A DNA stretch of 64,000 bases. Origin: Planctomycetota bacterium (GTDB lineage Bacteria; Planctomycetota; UBA1135; UBA2386). The position numbers and the translations under genes are program-made. The stretch lies in contig JBKAGP010000001.1 in NCBI GenBank assembly GCA_046290465.1, forward strand, positions 5,344,001 to 5,408,000, read 5' to 3'. Of this stretch, positions 21,516 to 33,404 are shown piece after piece; positions within the stretch are counted from its first letter, which is position 1; each line of letters opens with the position of its first letter. Below the pieces are notes generated by a model. That model was not told the DNA's origin and ran no database searches. It worked only from the letters and a program-made list of their open reading frames with translations.

Positions 21516-22286
21516 TCAGTTCGGGACGTTGTCGGACCCGTCGGTGGCAGCGGCGTCGTGCCGTCGTCCGTCCCGGATCCAGACACCGTCGACCAGCAGC
21601 TCGTGCGGTCGGTAGTCGGCCTTGTAGTGCATCGTTGCGGCACCCTCGACCCAGAAGCCGAGGTAGTAGTGCGGCACGCCGCGGCGCGCGGCCTCGGCGA
21701 TCTCGACCAGCACCGAGTGCACGCCGATGCTGCGGTGGCGTTCGTCCGGATCGAAGAAGTGGTAGACCGACGACCACGAGCGCGAGCTGCAGTCGAGCAG
21801 GCTGACGCCGACCAGCCGTGCGTCGACGAAGTAGCGCGCTTCGAGCGTGTCGACGACGCGGTCGTAGAACGAGGCGCGGAACTCGTGCTCTTCGTCGCTC
21901 TGGGGCGTGCCCGGATGCTGTGCATGCAGGTAGCGGCGGTACAGCTCGAACGACGCGGAGGTGAACTCCGGGACGCCGAAGCGCACCGTCACGTCGCGGT
22001 TGCGACGCAGCACGCGGCGCTGGCTGCGGCTCGGCCGGAACGTGTCGGTCGCGACCCGCAGCGGCACGCAGCGGCGACAGTCGGGACAGTCCATCGCGTA
22101 GAAGATCTGGCCGCTGCGGCGATAGCCGCGGTCCATCAGATCGTGGTAGAGCTCCGGTGGCAGCGTCTCCGCCGCAAAGCCGTACTGGCGCGCGCTGCGC
22201 CCCGGCAGGTAGGGGCAGTCGTAGAGCGGCGTGCGCGGCAGCTCCTGCCGTTCGAGCCAGCTCAGGAAGGCGCCGTCGTCGTGCAT
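21516..22286 (-). CDS. ate: arginyl-tRNA-protein transferase family (Ate/Bpt aspartate/glutamate leucyltransferase)
   Basis: CPYLPGR, GYRRSG, CPDCRRCVPLRV, SVYHFFDPD, YYLGFWV, MHYKADYRP. Confidence 0.92.
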   Translation of the reverse strand: MHDDGAFLSWLERQELPRTPLYDCPYLPGRSARQYGFAAETLPPELYHDLMDRGYRRSGQIFYAMDCPDCRRCVPLRVATDTFRPSRSQRRVLRRNRDVTVRFGVPEFTSASFELYRRYLHAQHPGTPQSDEEHEFRASFYDRVVDTLEARYFVDARLVGVSLLDCSSRSWSSVYHFFDPDERHRSIGVHSVLVEIAEAARRGVPHYYLGFWVEGAATMHYKADYRPHELLVDGVWIRDGRRHDAAATDGSDNVPN

Positions 22287-22362
22287 CGGCGGCCACGGTA
22301 ACCGACGTTTCTTTGCACTGTGCGTTTGTCGCCGGCTCGCGTTGACGTTCTGCTAGTGCGCG

Positions 22363-24186
<1,824 letters not shown>

Positions 24187-24246
24187 CGCCGTTGCGCGCG
24201 TCGGCCCCCTTGCCGTGTCCGGGCCGGCGCGCAGAATGGAGCCGCC

Positions 24247-26193
24247 TTGAAGGAACGTCGCTACGTGCTGGCCGGCGCGCTCGTCGCGCTCGCGCTGCTC
24301 TTCCTGCTGCTGTGGTGGGGTGAGGGCGAGCCCGGCCGGCCACCCGCCGAGGAGCCGGACGCGCAGGCGGCGAGCCGTGCGCAGCCGCCGCCACCGGCGC
24401 CGCGGCCGCTGGCGGCCGAGCGCGAGGCGCTGGCGATCGAGCGGGTCGAGGACGAGCCGGAGCCGAGCGAAGAGCTGGCGCCGGACGAACTCGACCATCC
24501 GTTCGCGTTCCGGCTGCGGCTCAACCTGCGCGGCCGCTTCGGCGTGCCGGTCGCGGACGCGACCGTGTTCGTCGCGCCCGAGCAGTGCGGCTTCACGCGT
24601 TGGCCGGAGCCGTCGACGGGGCGCGGCCAGGTCGACCTGCGCTGGCGAGGCCGTCGGCGCACGATGGTGGTGACCGTCGCGGTGCTCGCGCACGGCGTGT
24701 TGCAGCCGATGCGACGCGTCGAACTCGAGCACGACGTGCCGCGCCAGCTGGCGCTCGGCGTGCGCTCGATGCAGCAGTCGGTGACCGCGCGGGCCAGGGT
24801 CGCGAGCCGTCGCGACCAGGACGTCGAACGCGACGCACGGCTCGTGCGGCGCGAGCGCGAACGGGTCAAGCAGGGGCGCATGGAGCGGCTCGACGAACTC
24901 GACATCCTGTGCGGCCGATCGATGCTGATGTTCGGGGCGTTCCGGTGCGTCGAGTGCCACGAGCCCGGCCGGGTCGGCGGCTACCGGGCGCTGTCGTCGG
25001 CCGGAGCGATGCGCACCGGGCTGCATCCGCACGCGGTGTTCCAGGACCTCGGGGCCCACCAGCGCGACGAGCGCGGCGTCGAACGCGAGCGGCGCAAGCT
25101 GGCGCGGCAGCTGGTCGCACAGGTGCAGCAGGAGTCGTCGGATCGCCGCGGCGGCACGCCGCGCGGTGGCTACGTGGTCGGCGTCGTGACCGACCTCGAG
25201 GGCCGGCCGGTCGAAGGCGTGCCGGTCGCCAGCGTCGACGAGCACGGCGAGCTGGTCCGCTCGACGCTCAGCGAAGAGGGCGGCCGGTTCCGCCTCGGCC
25301 CGTTCGAGACCGGACCCGTCAGCGTGATCGCGGCCGGCGGCCGCGCCGGCTTCGCGGCGACGCGGCTCTCGGTCGTCGCCGGGCAGAAGACCGAGTGGAC
25401 ACCGGAGCTGCGGCGGTTCCGGACCGTCGCCGGCACGGTGCGGGACGACCGGCGTCGGCCGCTCGAAGGCTGGTTCGTCGAACTGTCGCGCGACGAGGGC
25501 GAATGGGCGGCGGTCGCCCAGACCGATCGCGAAGGCGCGTTCGCGGTGCACGGCGTGCCCGGCACGGTGGTCACGTCGGTGTGGCCGCGCGACGCCGCGC
25601 GCGGCATGCCGGTGATCTACGGCACCGCGGCGATGGTCGACGCGCAGGAACTCGAACTGATGCTGCACCGCGACGTGCCGACGCGTGCCCGGCTGCGCGC
25701 ACACGTCGGCGTGCCGGCGGCGCTGCAGGGGGCGCGCGTCGACGCGCGGGTGCTGCAGGTCGAGACCGGGGTGGTCTCTCGCCTCGCTCCGGTCGGCCAC
25801 GAGGACGCGTTCGAGCTGCGGCTGCTGCCGCCCGGTGCCTACCGGCTGCAGGTCGGCGCCACCGGTGCCGGCTGGGTCGAGACCGGCGACGTCGTGGTCG
25901 ACGGTCGCGGCCTGTGGGACGTCGGCCGCATCGAGTTGCCGCGGCCGGGCCGCGTGCAGGTGCGCTGCGTCGGTGGCCTCGAGCCGCTGCGCGAAGGCCA
26001 GTTCTCGTTCTACCGCCGCACCGACGACTGCGACGTGCTCAGCCGCCATCGGCTCGTCGACGACGCGTTCGAACTGCCGCCGGGCGAGCACGTGCTGGTC
26101 TGGAACGACGGTGGTCGGCGCCGCGCGGTCGGCTTCGAGATCGTCGCGGGCGGCGTCGCCACCGTGGTGCTCGCAGCCGCTCGTTCGCGCTGA
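24247..26193 (+). CDS. membrane-anchored carboxypeptidase-regulatory-like domain protein with one CxxCH motif
   Basis: N-terminal TM; repeats GVVTDLEGRPVEG and GTVRDDRRRPLEG; CVECH at 24946-24960. TTG start is uncertain. Confidence 0.7.
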   Translation: MKERRYVLAGALVALALLFLLLWWGEGEPGRPPAEEPDAQAASRAQPPPPAPRPLAAEREALAIERVEDEPEPSEELAPDELDHPFAFRLRLNLRGRFGVPVADATVFVAPEQCGFTRWPEPSTGRGQVDLRWRGRRRTMVVTVAVLAHGVLQPMRRVELEHDVPRQLALGVRSMQQSVTARARVASRRDQDVERDARLVRRERERVKQGRMERLDELDILCGRSMLMFGAFRCVECHEPGRVGGYRALSSAGAMRTGLHPHAVFQDLGAHQRDERGVERERRKLARQLVAQVQQESSDRRGGTPRGGYVVGVVTDLEGRPVEGVPVASVDEHGELVRSTLSEEGGRFRLGPFETGPVSVIAAGGRAGFAATRLSVVAGQKTEWTPELRRFRTVAGTVRDDRRRPLEGWFVELSRDEGEWAAVAQTDREGAFAVHGVPGTVVTSVWPRDAARGMPVIYGTAAMVDAQELELMLHRDVPTRARLRAHVGVPAALQGARVDARVLQVETGVVSRLAPVGHEDAFELRLLPPGAYRLQVGATGAGWVETGDVVVDGRGLWDVGRIELPRPGRVQVRCVGGLEPLREGQFSFYRRTDDCDVLSRHRLVDDAFELPPGEHVLVWNDGGRRRAVGFEIVAGGVATVVLAAARSR

Positions 26194-26205
26194 GCCCGGC
26201 GAGCC

Positions 26206-26835
26206 TCAGCGCCGGTCGTCCGGCGGCGCAAGCACGAACCAGACCGCCTCGTAGAAGCTGCGCGCACCACGGAAGCCCGGCGCGCTGCCCGAGAACCACG
26301 GTGACTCCCAGTTGGCCGTCGTCGACACGCCGAAGAACGGCCGGATCAACCAGCACGTCTGGCCGCCGACGAGCAGCGACGCGAGCAGCCACGACGCGAC
26401 CAGCATGCGCCGCTGCGACCTGGTCGCGACCGCTTCGCCGAGCGCGTGGGTGCAGCGGTAGACGGTCAGGCCGCCGCACAGCGCGATCGCGACCACGTTG
26501 AAGCCGAGGAACGCCGGGAAGCCGCCGAGGTCGCGTTCGGTCTGCGGTTCCATCGTCAGCGACAGGAACGCCACGACCATCCCGAGCGACGCCAGCAGCC
26601 GCGCCGTGTCGCGGAACACCTCGAGCACGATCCGCTGCACGTCGAGGAAGCGCAGCGCCGCGCCGAGGAAGCGCGCCAGCACGAAGTAGCACAGCGCGCA
26701 GATCGTCGACGTCGACAGGATCAGCAGCGGGAACTTTATGAGGTTGCGGATCGCGTAGACCCAGCTGTTGCTCAGCCCGATGCTGAAGCCGTAGGCGGCC
26801 GAGGCCGCGACCAGCAACAGCACGGTCCGCTTCAC
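26206..26835 (-). CDS. polytopic membrane protein (Yip1-like, unknown function)
   Basis: About five TM; KFPLLIL..IC and VGGQTCWLIRPFFG. GTG overlaps the upstream stop (GTGA). Confidence 0.7.
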   Translation of the reverse strand: MKRTVLLLVAASAAYGFSIGLSNSWVYAIRNLIKFPLLILSTSTICALCYFVLARFLGAALRFLDVQRIVLEVFRDTARLLASLGMVVAFLSLTMEPQTERDLGGFPAFLGFNVVAIALCGGLTVYRCTHALGEAVATRSQRRMLVASWLLASLLVGGQTCWLIRPFFGVSTTANWESPWFSGSAPGFRGARSFYEAVWFVLAPPDDRR

Positions 26836-27551
26836 TCGAACATCCCGAGCGTGCTCGCCATCCGATAGCTGAGGAACACCAGCAGGATCTGCCAGCCGAC
26901 CCACAGCGCCCAGTTGTCGCGCAGGACGCGGAAGTCGGCGTCGACGAACAGGCAGCGGTTGAGGTGGCTCAGCGCCAGCAGCAGCGAGAACACCAGCAGC
27001 GTCACGCGCGTCGCGACCCCGCCGAGGCCGCCGTCGTCCGGCATGGTGACCTCGAGGAACCAGTAGATCGGCGCGAACCCGAAGGTGAACAGCGCCGCGG
27101 CCGCCGGGATCACCAGTGCGATCGCGAGGTTCTGCGACCAGTGCAGCTTGATGCCGAGGTAGCTGCCGAAGATCAGCAGCGACGGCACGCACAGCAGCAC
27201 CGAGCCGAGGAACAGCAGCGCGACGTGGCCGACCTTGCCCCAACCGTCGACGAGCCCGTACGGGATCGCGAACAGCGCGCTGCAGGCCAGCAGCGTCGCG
27301 ACCAGCGCGCGCAGGTCGCGGCCGGTCTTGAGGTTCTCGACCAGTCGGCGGCGCTCGCCGAGCACGACGTCGAGCATCCGGTACGGCCGCCGCAGCGACG
27401 CCGACAGCTCGGCGTGCGCGAACGGTTCTGCCGGCGGTTGCGCCGGTCGCTCGGGCCTCGTCCGCGACCGCGCCGGGGCGGCCTGTTGCAGCTTGTCGTC
27501 GTCGCCTGGCGTCGGAGTCGGCGGGGGAGTCGGCGGCGTGTCTTCTTCCAT
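26832..27551 (-). CDS. polytopic membrane protein, probable paralog of the downstream gene
   Basis: About five TM; LLFLGSVLLCVPSLLIF and APIYWF; Pro-rich N-terminus. Confidence 0.7.
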   Translation of the reverse strand: MEEDTPPTPPPTPTPGDDDKLQQAAPARSRTRPERPAQPPAEPFAHAELSASLRRPYRMLDVVLGERRRLVENLKTGRDLRALVATLLACSALFAIPYGLVDGWGKVGHVALLFLGSVLLCVPSLLIFGSYLGIKLHWSQNLAIALVIPAAAALFTFGFAPIYWFLEVTMPDDGGLGGVATRVTLLVFSLLLALSHLNRCLFVDADFRVLRDNWALWVGWQILLVFLSYRMASTLGMFE

Positions 27552-27653
27552 GGCTGGCTTTGCAGGACAAAGTAGGGGCCGGATGACACGATGTCCACCG
27601 GCTCGCTAACAGGCCGCGGTCCGCGGTCGTCCCATCGTGCGGAGGCAACTCGA

Positions 27654-28229
27654 ATGCACAAGACCCTGACCACCGGGCTCTCTGCCCTGTTCGCCGCGCT
27701 GCTGGCCGGCCCGATGTTCCGCCCGACCGCCGACAGCGCGCCGCAACCGCCGCTGCTGCCGGGCCCCGGCGGCGTCGCCGCTGCGGTGACGACGTTCCTG
27801 GAGCGCCTCGACCAGGGCGCCGGCGTCCGCCCCCTGCTCGACGTCAGCGCGCACGATCTCGAGTTCGTGTTCGACGACGGCGCGATGAAGCAGGCCGGCA
27901 AGGGCGATGCGCGGGTGCCGTCGTTCCAGGAGCTGGGGCCGCGGGGTCCGTTCGCCGCCCGCACGACCGCGCAGTTCGCCGCGCAGCTCGGCAAGCTGGT
28001 CGCGACCGACGCCGGCGCCAGCCGCAAGGTGACGACGACCGTCGACCGCATCCGCGCCAACTGCCAGTCCGAGGCCTGCTCGCTCGCGACGGTCGAGTTC
28101 ACCCGCCGCTACGAAGTCGACGGCGCCGAGCCGGTCGAGCACCAGCTGCGCGCCACCGCGCTGTTGCGCTGGGAGCGCAACGAGCTGGGCGACTTCCGCA
28201 TCTACCACTGGCACGCGTCGCGGCGGTAG
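27654..28229 (+). CDS. secreted NTF2/SnoaL-like fold protein
   Basis: GGAGG SD; signal peptide; C-terminal LRATALLR...FRIYHWHAS typical of the SnoaL/NTF2-like fold. Confidence 0.65.
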   Translation: MHKTLTTGLSALFAALLAGPMFRPTADSAPQPPLLPGPGGVAAAVTTFLERLDQGAGVRPLLDVSAHDLEFVFDDGAMKQAGKGDARVPSFQELGPRGPFAARTTAQFAAQLGKLVATDAGASRKVTTTVDRIRANCQSEACSLATVEFTRRYEVDGAEPVEHQLRATALLRWERNELGDFRIYHWHASRR

Positions 28230-28337
28230 GTGGCAGGCCGGGCGCGGCCGCGCCGGCGGCCCCACCGCTGTCATCGGCGCCGGTTTTTCCGAGAATCCGG
28301 GCGCACTGTCGCGCCCGCTCGGCAGAAGCCGTCGACG

Positions 28338-31300
28338 ATGACCCGCTCGCACGAGAACCGATGCTTCCGCCGCTTCCAGCAGACGCGAGATCCGCGCCTG
28401 CTCGGCAAGGTGTTCGACGCGACCGCGCCAGAACTGCTGCGCGTCGCGGGACACCTGAGCAACGGCGATCGCGAGCTGACGCAGGACGCGCTGCAGGCGA
28501 CGTTCCTGACCGCGATCGAGCAGGCCGACCGCTACGACGCCGAGCGCGACGTGCGGCCGTGGCTGCTCGGGATCCTGGCCAACCACGTCCGGAAGGAACG
28601 CCGAACCGCTGACAAGGGGCGGGGCGTGGACGTGGCCGAGGTCGGGCTCGCGGCGGGGGACTCGCCGGTCGCCGAGGTGCAGCGGGCCGAGTTCGGCACC
28701 GCGGCGCGCACGGCGATGAAGCGGCTGCCGTCGCCGTTCCGGGAGGCGATCGTGCTGCACCTGCAGCACGGCCTGACCGCGAACGAGATCGGCGAGGCGC
28801 TCGGCCGTCCTGCGGGAACCGTTCGGACCCAGCTGGTGCGCGGCATGGAGAGGCTGCGCACGCTGTTGCCCGCGGGGTTCACCGCGGCGGCGCTCGGCAT
28901 GGTGCTGACGCCGGGTCCGATCCTGGCGGCGGTGCGGGCCAACGTGCTCGCGTCGCTGCCGGCGGTGGCCACTGCGGGCGGGGCGTCGTCGCTGGTTCTC
29001 TCGGGATGGAGGCTCTACGCGATGACGGCTGCGGTGATGACGTTGGTTCTTTCGTATCTGTTGGCGGTGCTGTCGGCGGATCCGCCGGCGGTGCCCGGCG
29101 AGGTGGCGCGGGCACAGGACGGCGTGCCGGTGGCGGCACGTGCCGCGGTCGCGAGCGAACGCGAACTCGTCGAAGGTCGCGGACCGGCGGCGGCGGAGCA
29201 GCCCGAGCAACAGCGGCCTGCCGCCGGCGAGGACCTGCAGCGCGTCGCGCTCAAGCTGGTCTACCACGACGGCAAGCCGGCCGCGTTCGCGCAGGTGGCG
29301 CTGCGCGTCAACGGCATGATGAAGCGCTGGGACGCCGACGCGCGCGGCCGCATCGAACTCAACCTGCCGTGGCCGGGCTTCTACAACCTGTTCGTCGTCG
29401 GCACCCACATCCAGAAGCCGTTGATCTGGTTCGACGGCCTGCGGCGGCCGCGCGTGGTCAAGGAACGCATCGTGCTCGAAGCGGGCATGACGCTCGACCT
29501 GCGGGTCGTCGACGAGCAGGGCGACCCGGTGCCGGGCGCGCACGTCGAGAGTTCGCACGGCTTCGCGTTCGAGGGCACGATGCTGACCACGGTCGGCCGC
29601 GCCGACGGGCAGGGGCGCTACGTGCACGACCACGTCGGCACGCGCGGGCAGCTGCGGGTCTGGGCGGACGGCTTCCTGCCGAGTCGCATCGTCGACGCCA
29701 ACGGCAAGGTCGGCGAACGCTGCGAGCGCACGATCACGCTGCGGTCCGGTGCGCACGCGGCGCGCGGCGTCGTGGTCGACGAGGCCGGACGGGTCCTGGC
29801 CGGCGCGCGACTGGCGCTGGTGCAGCTCGGCGCGCTGCCCGACGAACCGCTGATGTTCGCCGCCGACGCCGCGGGGGCGTTCCGGCTGGCGACGCTGCGC
29901 ACCGGCCGCCACGCGCTGGTCGGCGTGCACGACGACGGCACGTTGCGCCGCGGGCTGGTCCGGTTCGAGCACCACGGCAAGGGCGACGTCGACGTCGAGC
30001 TGGTGCTGTCGCGCGGCGCGCGGGTCGTCGGCAGGCTGGTCGACGCCAACGGGGTCGCGCTCGCCGGCACCAACGTGGTGGCGCGCGATCGCCCCGAGGC
30101 GATCCGCAAGCTGCCGTTCCTCGAGACCTGGACGCGAACGCAGCGAGACGGGACGTTCGTGCTGTCGTCGCTGGTGCCCGGCGGCTACGAGCTCGAGAGC
30201 GAGCACGTGCCGTCGCAGCTGGTGACGCTGCGCGAGGGCGAGGAGTATCGCTGGGACGCGGCGCGCGTGGGGCTCGAGACGATCTCGCTGCGGCTGCTCG
30301 ACGCGCTCGGCAACCCGCTGGAAGGCTGGATGGTGCACGAGCTGTATCCGGACAGCGATGCGCCGTCGCGGGGCACGATCACCGGTGCCGACGGCCGCTT
30401 CCACGAGCACCACTCGGGCTGGCAGCACCCGGCCGGCACGTTCCGTCGCTACGCGCTGCACCGCCCGCTGGGCAGGAGCGAGGAGAAGTGGCGCGACCAC
30501 AGCCGACTGCCCAACTACCTGACGCCGCCGCTGCGCGTCGGGGTCGAGCACGAGATCCGCGTGCCGGACGCGGCGCGCACGGTGCACGTCGTCACCGGCG
30601 AGGTCGTCGACGCCAACGGCGTCGGGGTCGGCGGCGCCAAGGTGTCGTTCTACTCGGGCTACGGCAACGTGGTCTCGGTCGCGGTCGAGACCGGCGCGGA
30701 CGGCACGTTCCGCCGTGAGGGCATGCCGCCGGGTCGCTACCGGGTCGCGGTGCAGGCGGCCGGCAAGCCGTGGCGTTCGTTCCGCAACCTGGACGTGCGC
30801 GGTGCTGCGACCTGCTCGCTCGGTCGGCTCGAGGTCGGGGACGTCGGCGTGATCGTGGTCGACGTCACCGGTGCTGGCGGCGACGACGGGCTGCGTCTGC
30901 GGCTCGTCGACGAGCGCGGCGACACCCACCGTCTGCGCCGCCAACAGGACGGCACGTGGCGGTCGCGCAGCCTGTTCTTCGGCGACTACGAACTGCAGGG
31001 CTGGAGCGGCACGCTGTGGTTGGCGCCGTCGGCGATCTCGCTGCGCCGGTCGGAGCAGCGCGCCGAGGCGGTGTTCGTCGCGCACCGCGCCTCGACGATC
31101 GAGGTCGAGCTGCCGCACGACCATCCGCGCAACAGCAGCGCCTGGATCGCCGACCTGGTCGCGACGCGCGGCGGCAAGCGGGTGTTCGACCTGCGCGTCC
31201 GGCACCGCTTCCGCGGCGTCTACCGGCAGCGCTTCACGATCGAAGTGCCGCTGCCGCCCGGGCAGCTGCAGCTGGAGTTCGAGGGATGGCTCGGGCGCAA

Positions 31301-31364
31301 GGGCCGCGCGACGGTGACGGTGCCGCCGACCGGGGGCGGGCGATTCGCGGTGCGGATCGAGTGA
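28338..31364 (+). CDS. ECF sigma-70 factor fused to TM segment and extracytoplasmic carboxypeptidase-regulatory-like repeats
   Basis: Sigma2 (QDALQATFL..RPWLLGILAN), sigma4 (LPSPFREAIVL..EIGEALGRPAGTVRTQLVRG), hydrophobic segment, repeated VVDxxGxPxxGA domains. Confidence 0.9.
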   Translation: MTRSHENRCFRRFQQTRDPRLLGKVFDATAPELLRVAGHLSNGDRELTQDALQATFLTAIEQADRYDAERDVRPWLLGILANHVRKERRTADKGRGVDVAEVGLAAGDSPVAEVQRAEFGTAARTAMKRLPSPFREAIVLHLQHGLTANEIGEALGRPAGTVRTQLVRGMERLRTLLPAGFTAAALGMVLTPGPILAAVRANVLASLPAVATAGGASSLVLSGWRLYAMTAAVMTLVLSYLLAVLSADPPAVPGEVARAQDGVPVAARAAVASERELVEGRGPAAAEQPEQQRPAAGEDLQRVALKLVYHDGKPAAFAQVALRVNGMMKRWDADARGRIELNLPWPGFYNLFVVGTHIQKPLIWFDGLRRPRVVKERIVLEAGMTLDLRVVDEQGDPVPGAHVESSHGFAFEGTMLTTVGRADGQGRYVHDHVGTRGQLRVWADGFLPSRIVDANGKVGERCERTITLRSGAHAARGVVVDEAGRVLAGARLALVQLGALPDEPLMFAADAAGAFRLATLRTGRHALVGVHDDGTLRRGLVRFEHHGKGDVDVELVLSRGARVVGRLVDANGVALAGTNVVARDRPEAIRKLPFLETWTRTQRDGTFVLSSLVPGGYELESEHVPSQLVTLREGEEYRWDAARVGLETISLRLLDALGNPLEGWMVHELYPDSDAPSRGTITGADGRFHEHHSGWQHPAGTFRRYALHRPLGRSEEKWRDHSRLPNYLTPPLRVGVEHEIRVPDAARTVHVVTGEVVDANGVGVGGAKVSFYSGYGNVVSVAVETGADGTFRREGMPPGRYRVAVQAAGKPWRSFRNLDVRGAATCSLGRLEVGDVGVIVVDVTGAGGDDGLRLRLVDERGDTHRLRRQQDGTWRSRSLFFGDYELQGWSGTLWLAPSAISLRRSEQRAEAVFVAHRASTIEVELPHDHPRNSSAWIADLVATRGGKRVFDLRVRHRFRGVYRQRFTIEVPLPPGQLQLEFEGWLGRKGRATVTVPPTGGGRFAVRIE

Positions 31365-31415
31365 AGCCCGGCGCTGCCGGTTCCGGTCGGCGCGTCGATG
31401 GTGTCAGATGGGGCG

Positions 31416-31979
31416 ATGAGCTCCACCGACAAGGCGCTGCAGACGCAGCTCGCGAACATCGAGGCGCGCACCGGGAAGACGCTGAAGCAGCTGTTCGCGG
31501 TGCTCAAGAAGGCCGGGCTCGAGAAGCACGGCGAGATGGTCAAGATGCTCAAGGAGGATCTCGGCATGGGCCACGGCGACGCCAACACGCTGGTGCACAC
31601 GTGGCGCAAGCAGAGCGAGGCGCCGACGGCGGCTGCAGGCGACGACCCGCTCGACGCGATCTACACCGGCAAGAAGGCGGAGCTGCGCCCGCTGCACGAG
31701 GCCGTGATGAAGAAGGTCGAGAAGTTCGGGGCCTTCGAGGTCGCGCCCAAGAAGGGCTACGTCAGCCTGCGCCGCAAGAAGCAGTTCGCGATGGTGGGCC
31801 CGGGCACCAAGGGCCGGCTCGAGATCGGCGTCAACCTGAAGGACGCCGAGGGCGACGAACGGTTCGTCGCGCAGAAGGCCGGCGGCATGTGCCAGTTCAA
31901 GGTGTGGCTGACCGAGACCGGCGAGGTCGACAAGGAACTGGTCGCGTTCCTGAAGCGCGCGTTCGAGGCGGCGGAGTAG
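31416..31979 (+). CDS. DUF4287/DUF5655 domain protein
   Basis: NIEARTGK..KHGEMVKMLKEDLGMGHGDAN; APKKGYVSLRRKKQFA. Confidence 0.85.
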   Translation: MSSTDKALQTQLANIEARTGKTLKQLFAVLKKAGLEKHGEMVKMLKEDLGMGHGDANTLVHTWRKQSEAPTAAAGDDPLDAIYTGKKAELRPLHEAVMKKVEKFGAFEVAPKKGYVSLRRKKQFAMVGPGTKGRLEIGVNLKDAEGDERFVAQKAGGMCQFKVWLTETGEVDKELVAFLKRAFEAAE

Positions 31980-31988
31980 CGCTCCTGC

Positions 31989-33404
31989 CTACGCCAGCAG
32001 CGGCCGCACGACCTTGCCGTGCACGTCCGTCAACCGGTAGCGCCGCCCCTGGAACCGGAACGTCAGCCGCTCGTGGTCGATGCCGAGCAGGTGCAGCAGC
32101 GTCGCCTGGAAGTCGTGCGGGGTGACTTCGTTCTCGGCGACGTTGAAGCCGAACTCGTCGCTGCTGCCGTAGGTCGTGCCCGGGCGGATGCCACCACCCG
32201 CCATCCAGATGGTGAACGCGTACGGGTGGTGGTCGCGGCCTTGCTTGCCCTCGAACGAGCCCTGCAGGAACGGCGTGCGGCCGAACTCGCCGCCCCAGAT
32301 CACCAGCGTGTCGTCGAGCAGCCCTCGCTGCTGCAGGTCGAGCACCAGCGCGGCCGACGGCGCGTCGGTGTCGCGGCACTGGATCTCGAGCTGGGTGTAG
32401 AGGTTGCGGTGCTGGTCCCAGCCGGCGTGCATCAGCTGCACGAACCGCGTGCCGCGCTCGACCAGGCGGCGCGCCATCAGGCAGTTGTAGGCGAACGATC
32501 CCTTGCGGTGCACGTCGGGGCCGTACATGTCGAGCACGTGCTGCGGCTCGTCGGAGAAGTCGGTCAGCTCGGGCACCGAGGCCTGCATCTTGTAGGCCAT
32601 CTCGTACTGCGCGATGCGCGTCGCGACCTCCGGGTCGCCGGTGCGCCGAAGGTGGCGGCCGTTGAGCTCGGCGAGGTCGTCGAGCACGCCGCGGCGCAGC
32701 ATGCGGTCGGTGCCGGCCGGGTCCTCGAGGTAGAGCACTGGATCGCCCGAGCCGCGGAACTTCACGCCCTGGTGCACCGACGGCAGGAAGCCGCTGCCCC
32801 AGTAGTAGTCGTAGAACATCTGGCCGCACGACGCCTCCTGGTCGCGCGACGTCATCGCGACGAACGTCGGCAGGTCGTCGCAGCTCTTGCCGAGCCCGTA
32901 CGACAGCCAGGCACCCATGCTCGGCCGACCCGGCCGTTCGCTGCCCGTCAGGAAGAACGTGATCGCGGGCGCGTGGTTGACCTGCGTGGTCTTCATCGAC
33001 TTGACGAAGCACAGCTGGTCGGCGATCGCGGCGGTGTACGGCAGCAGGTCGCTGACCGTCGCGCCGCTCTGGCCGTGCCGACGGATCGGCCGGATCGCCT
33101 GCAGGCACGGCCGCGCCTTCTGGCCGCCCGTCATCGTGCTGAAGCGGGCGCCACCGACGACGCTGTCGGGGATCTGCTTGCCGTGCATCCTCTGCAGCAT
33201 CGGCTTGTGGTCGAACAGGTCGACGTGCGACGGCGCACCGTTCTGCAGCAGGTAGATGACGCGCTTGGCGCGCGGCGCGAAGTGGCAGCCGTCGGGGTCG
33301 CTGCGCAGCAGCGAGCCGAGCGCGGTCGCGCCGAGGCCGACGGCGGTGTTGCCGAGCAGGGCGCGGCGCGTCCAGTGGCGCGAGGCATCGATCGCGGGGT
33401 TCAT
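31989..33404 (-). CDS. DUF1501 domain protein (Tat-like RR)
   Basis: TRRALL, AKRVIYL..GAPSHVDLFD.KP, GWDQH, GEFGRTP, GRDHHP, RLTDVHG. ATGA overlap with the PSD1 gene. Confidence 0.93.
   Translation of the reverse strand: MNPAIDASRHWTRRALLGNTAVGLGATALGSLLRSDPDGCHFAPRAKRVIYLLQNGAPSHVDLFDHKPMLQRMHGKQIPDSVVGGARFSTMTGGQKARPCLQAIRPIRRHGQSGATVSDLLPYTAAIADQLCFVKSMKTTQVNHAPAITFFLTGSERPGRPSMGAWLSYGLGKSCDDLPTFVAMTSRDQEASCGQMFYDYYWGSGFLPSVHQGVKFRGSGDPVLYLEDPAGTDRMLRRGVLDDLAELNGRHLRRTGDPEVATRIAQYEMAYKMQASVPELTDFSDEPQHVLDMYGPDVHRKGSFAYNCLMARRLVERGTRFVQLMHAGWDQHRNLYTQLEIQCRDTDAPSAALVLDLQQRGLLDDTLVIWGGEFGRTPFLQGSFEGKQGRDHHPYAFTIWMAGGGIRPGTTYGSSDEFGFNVAENEVTPHDFQATLLHLLGIDHERLTFRFQGRRYRLTDVHGKVVRPLLA

Noticed and set aside
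28985..29080. T-rich stretch with atypical codons inside the fused ECF gene as a foreign insert or frameshift
   Set aside because: The frame stays open and encodes the hydrophobic TM segment, which explains the composition.
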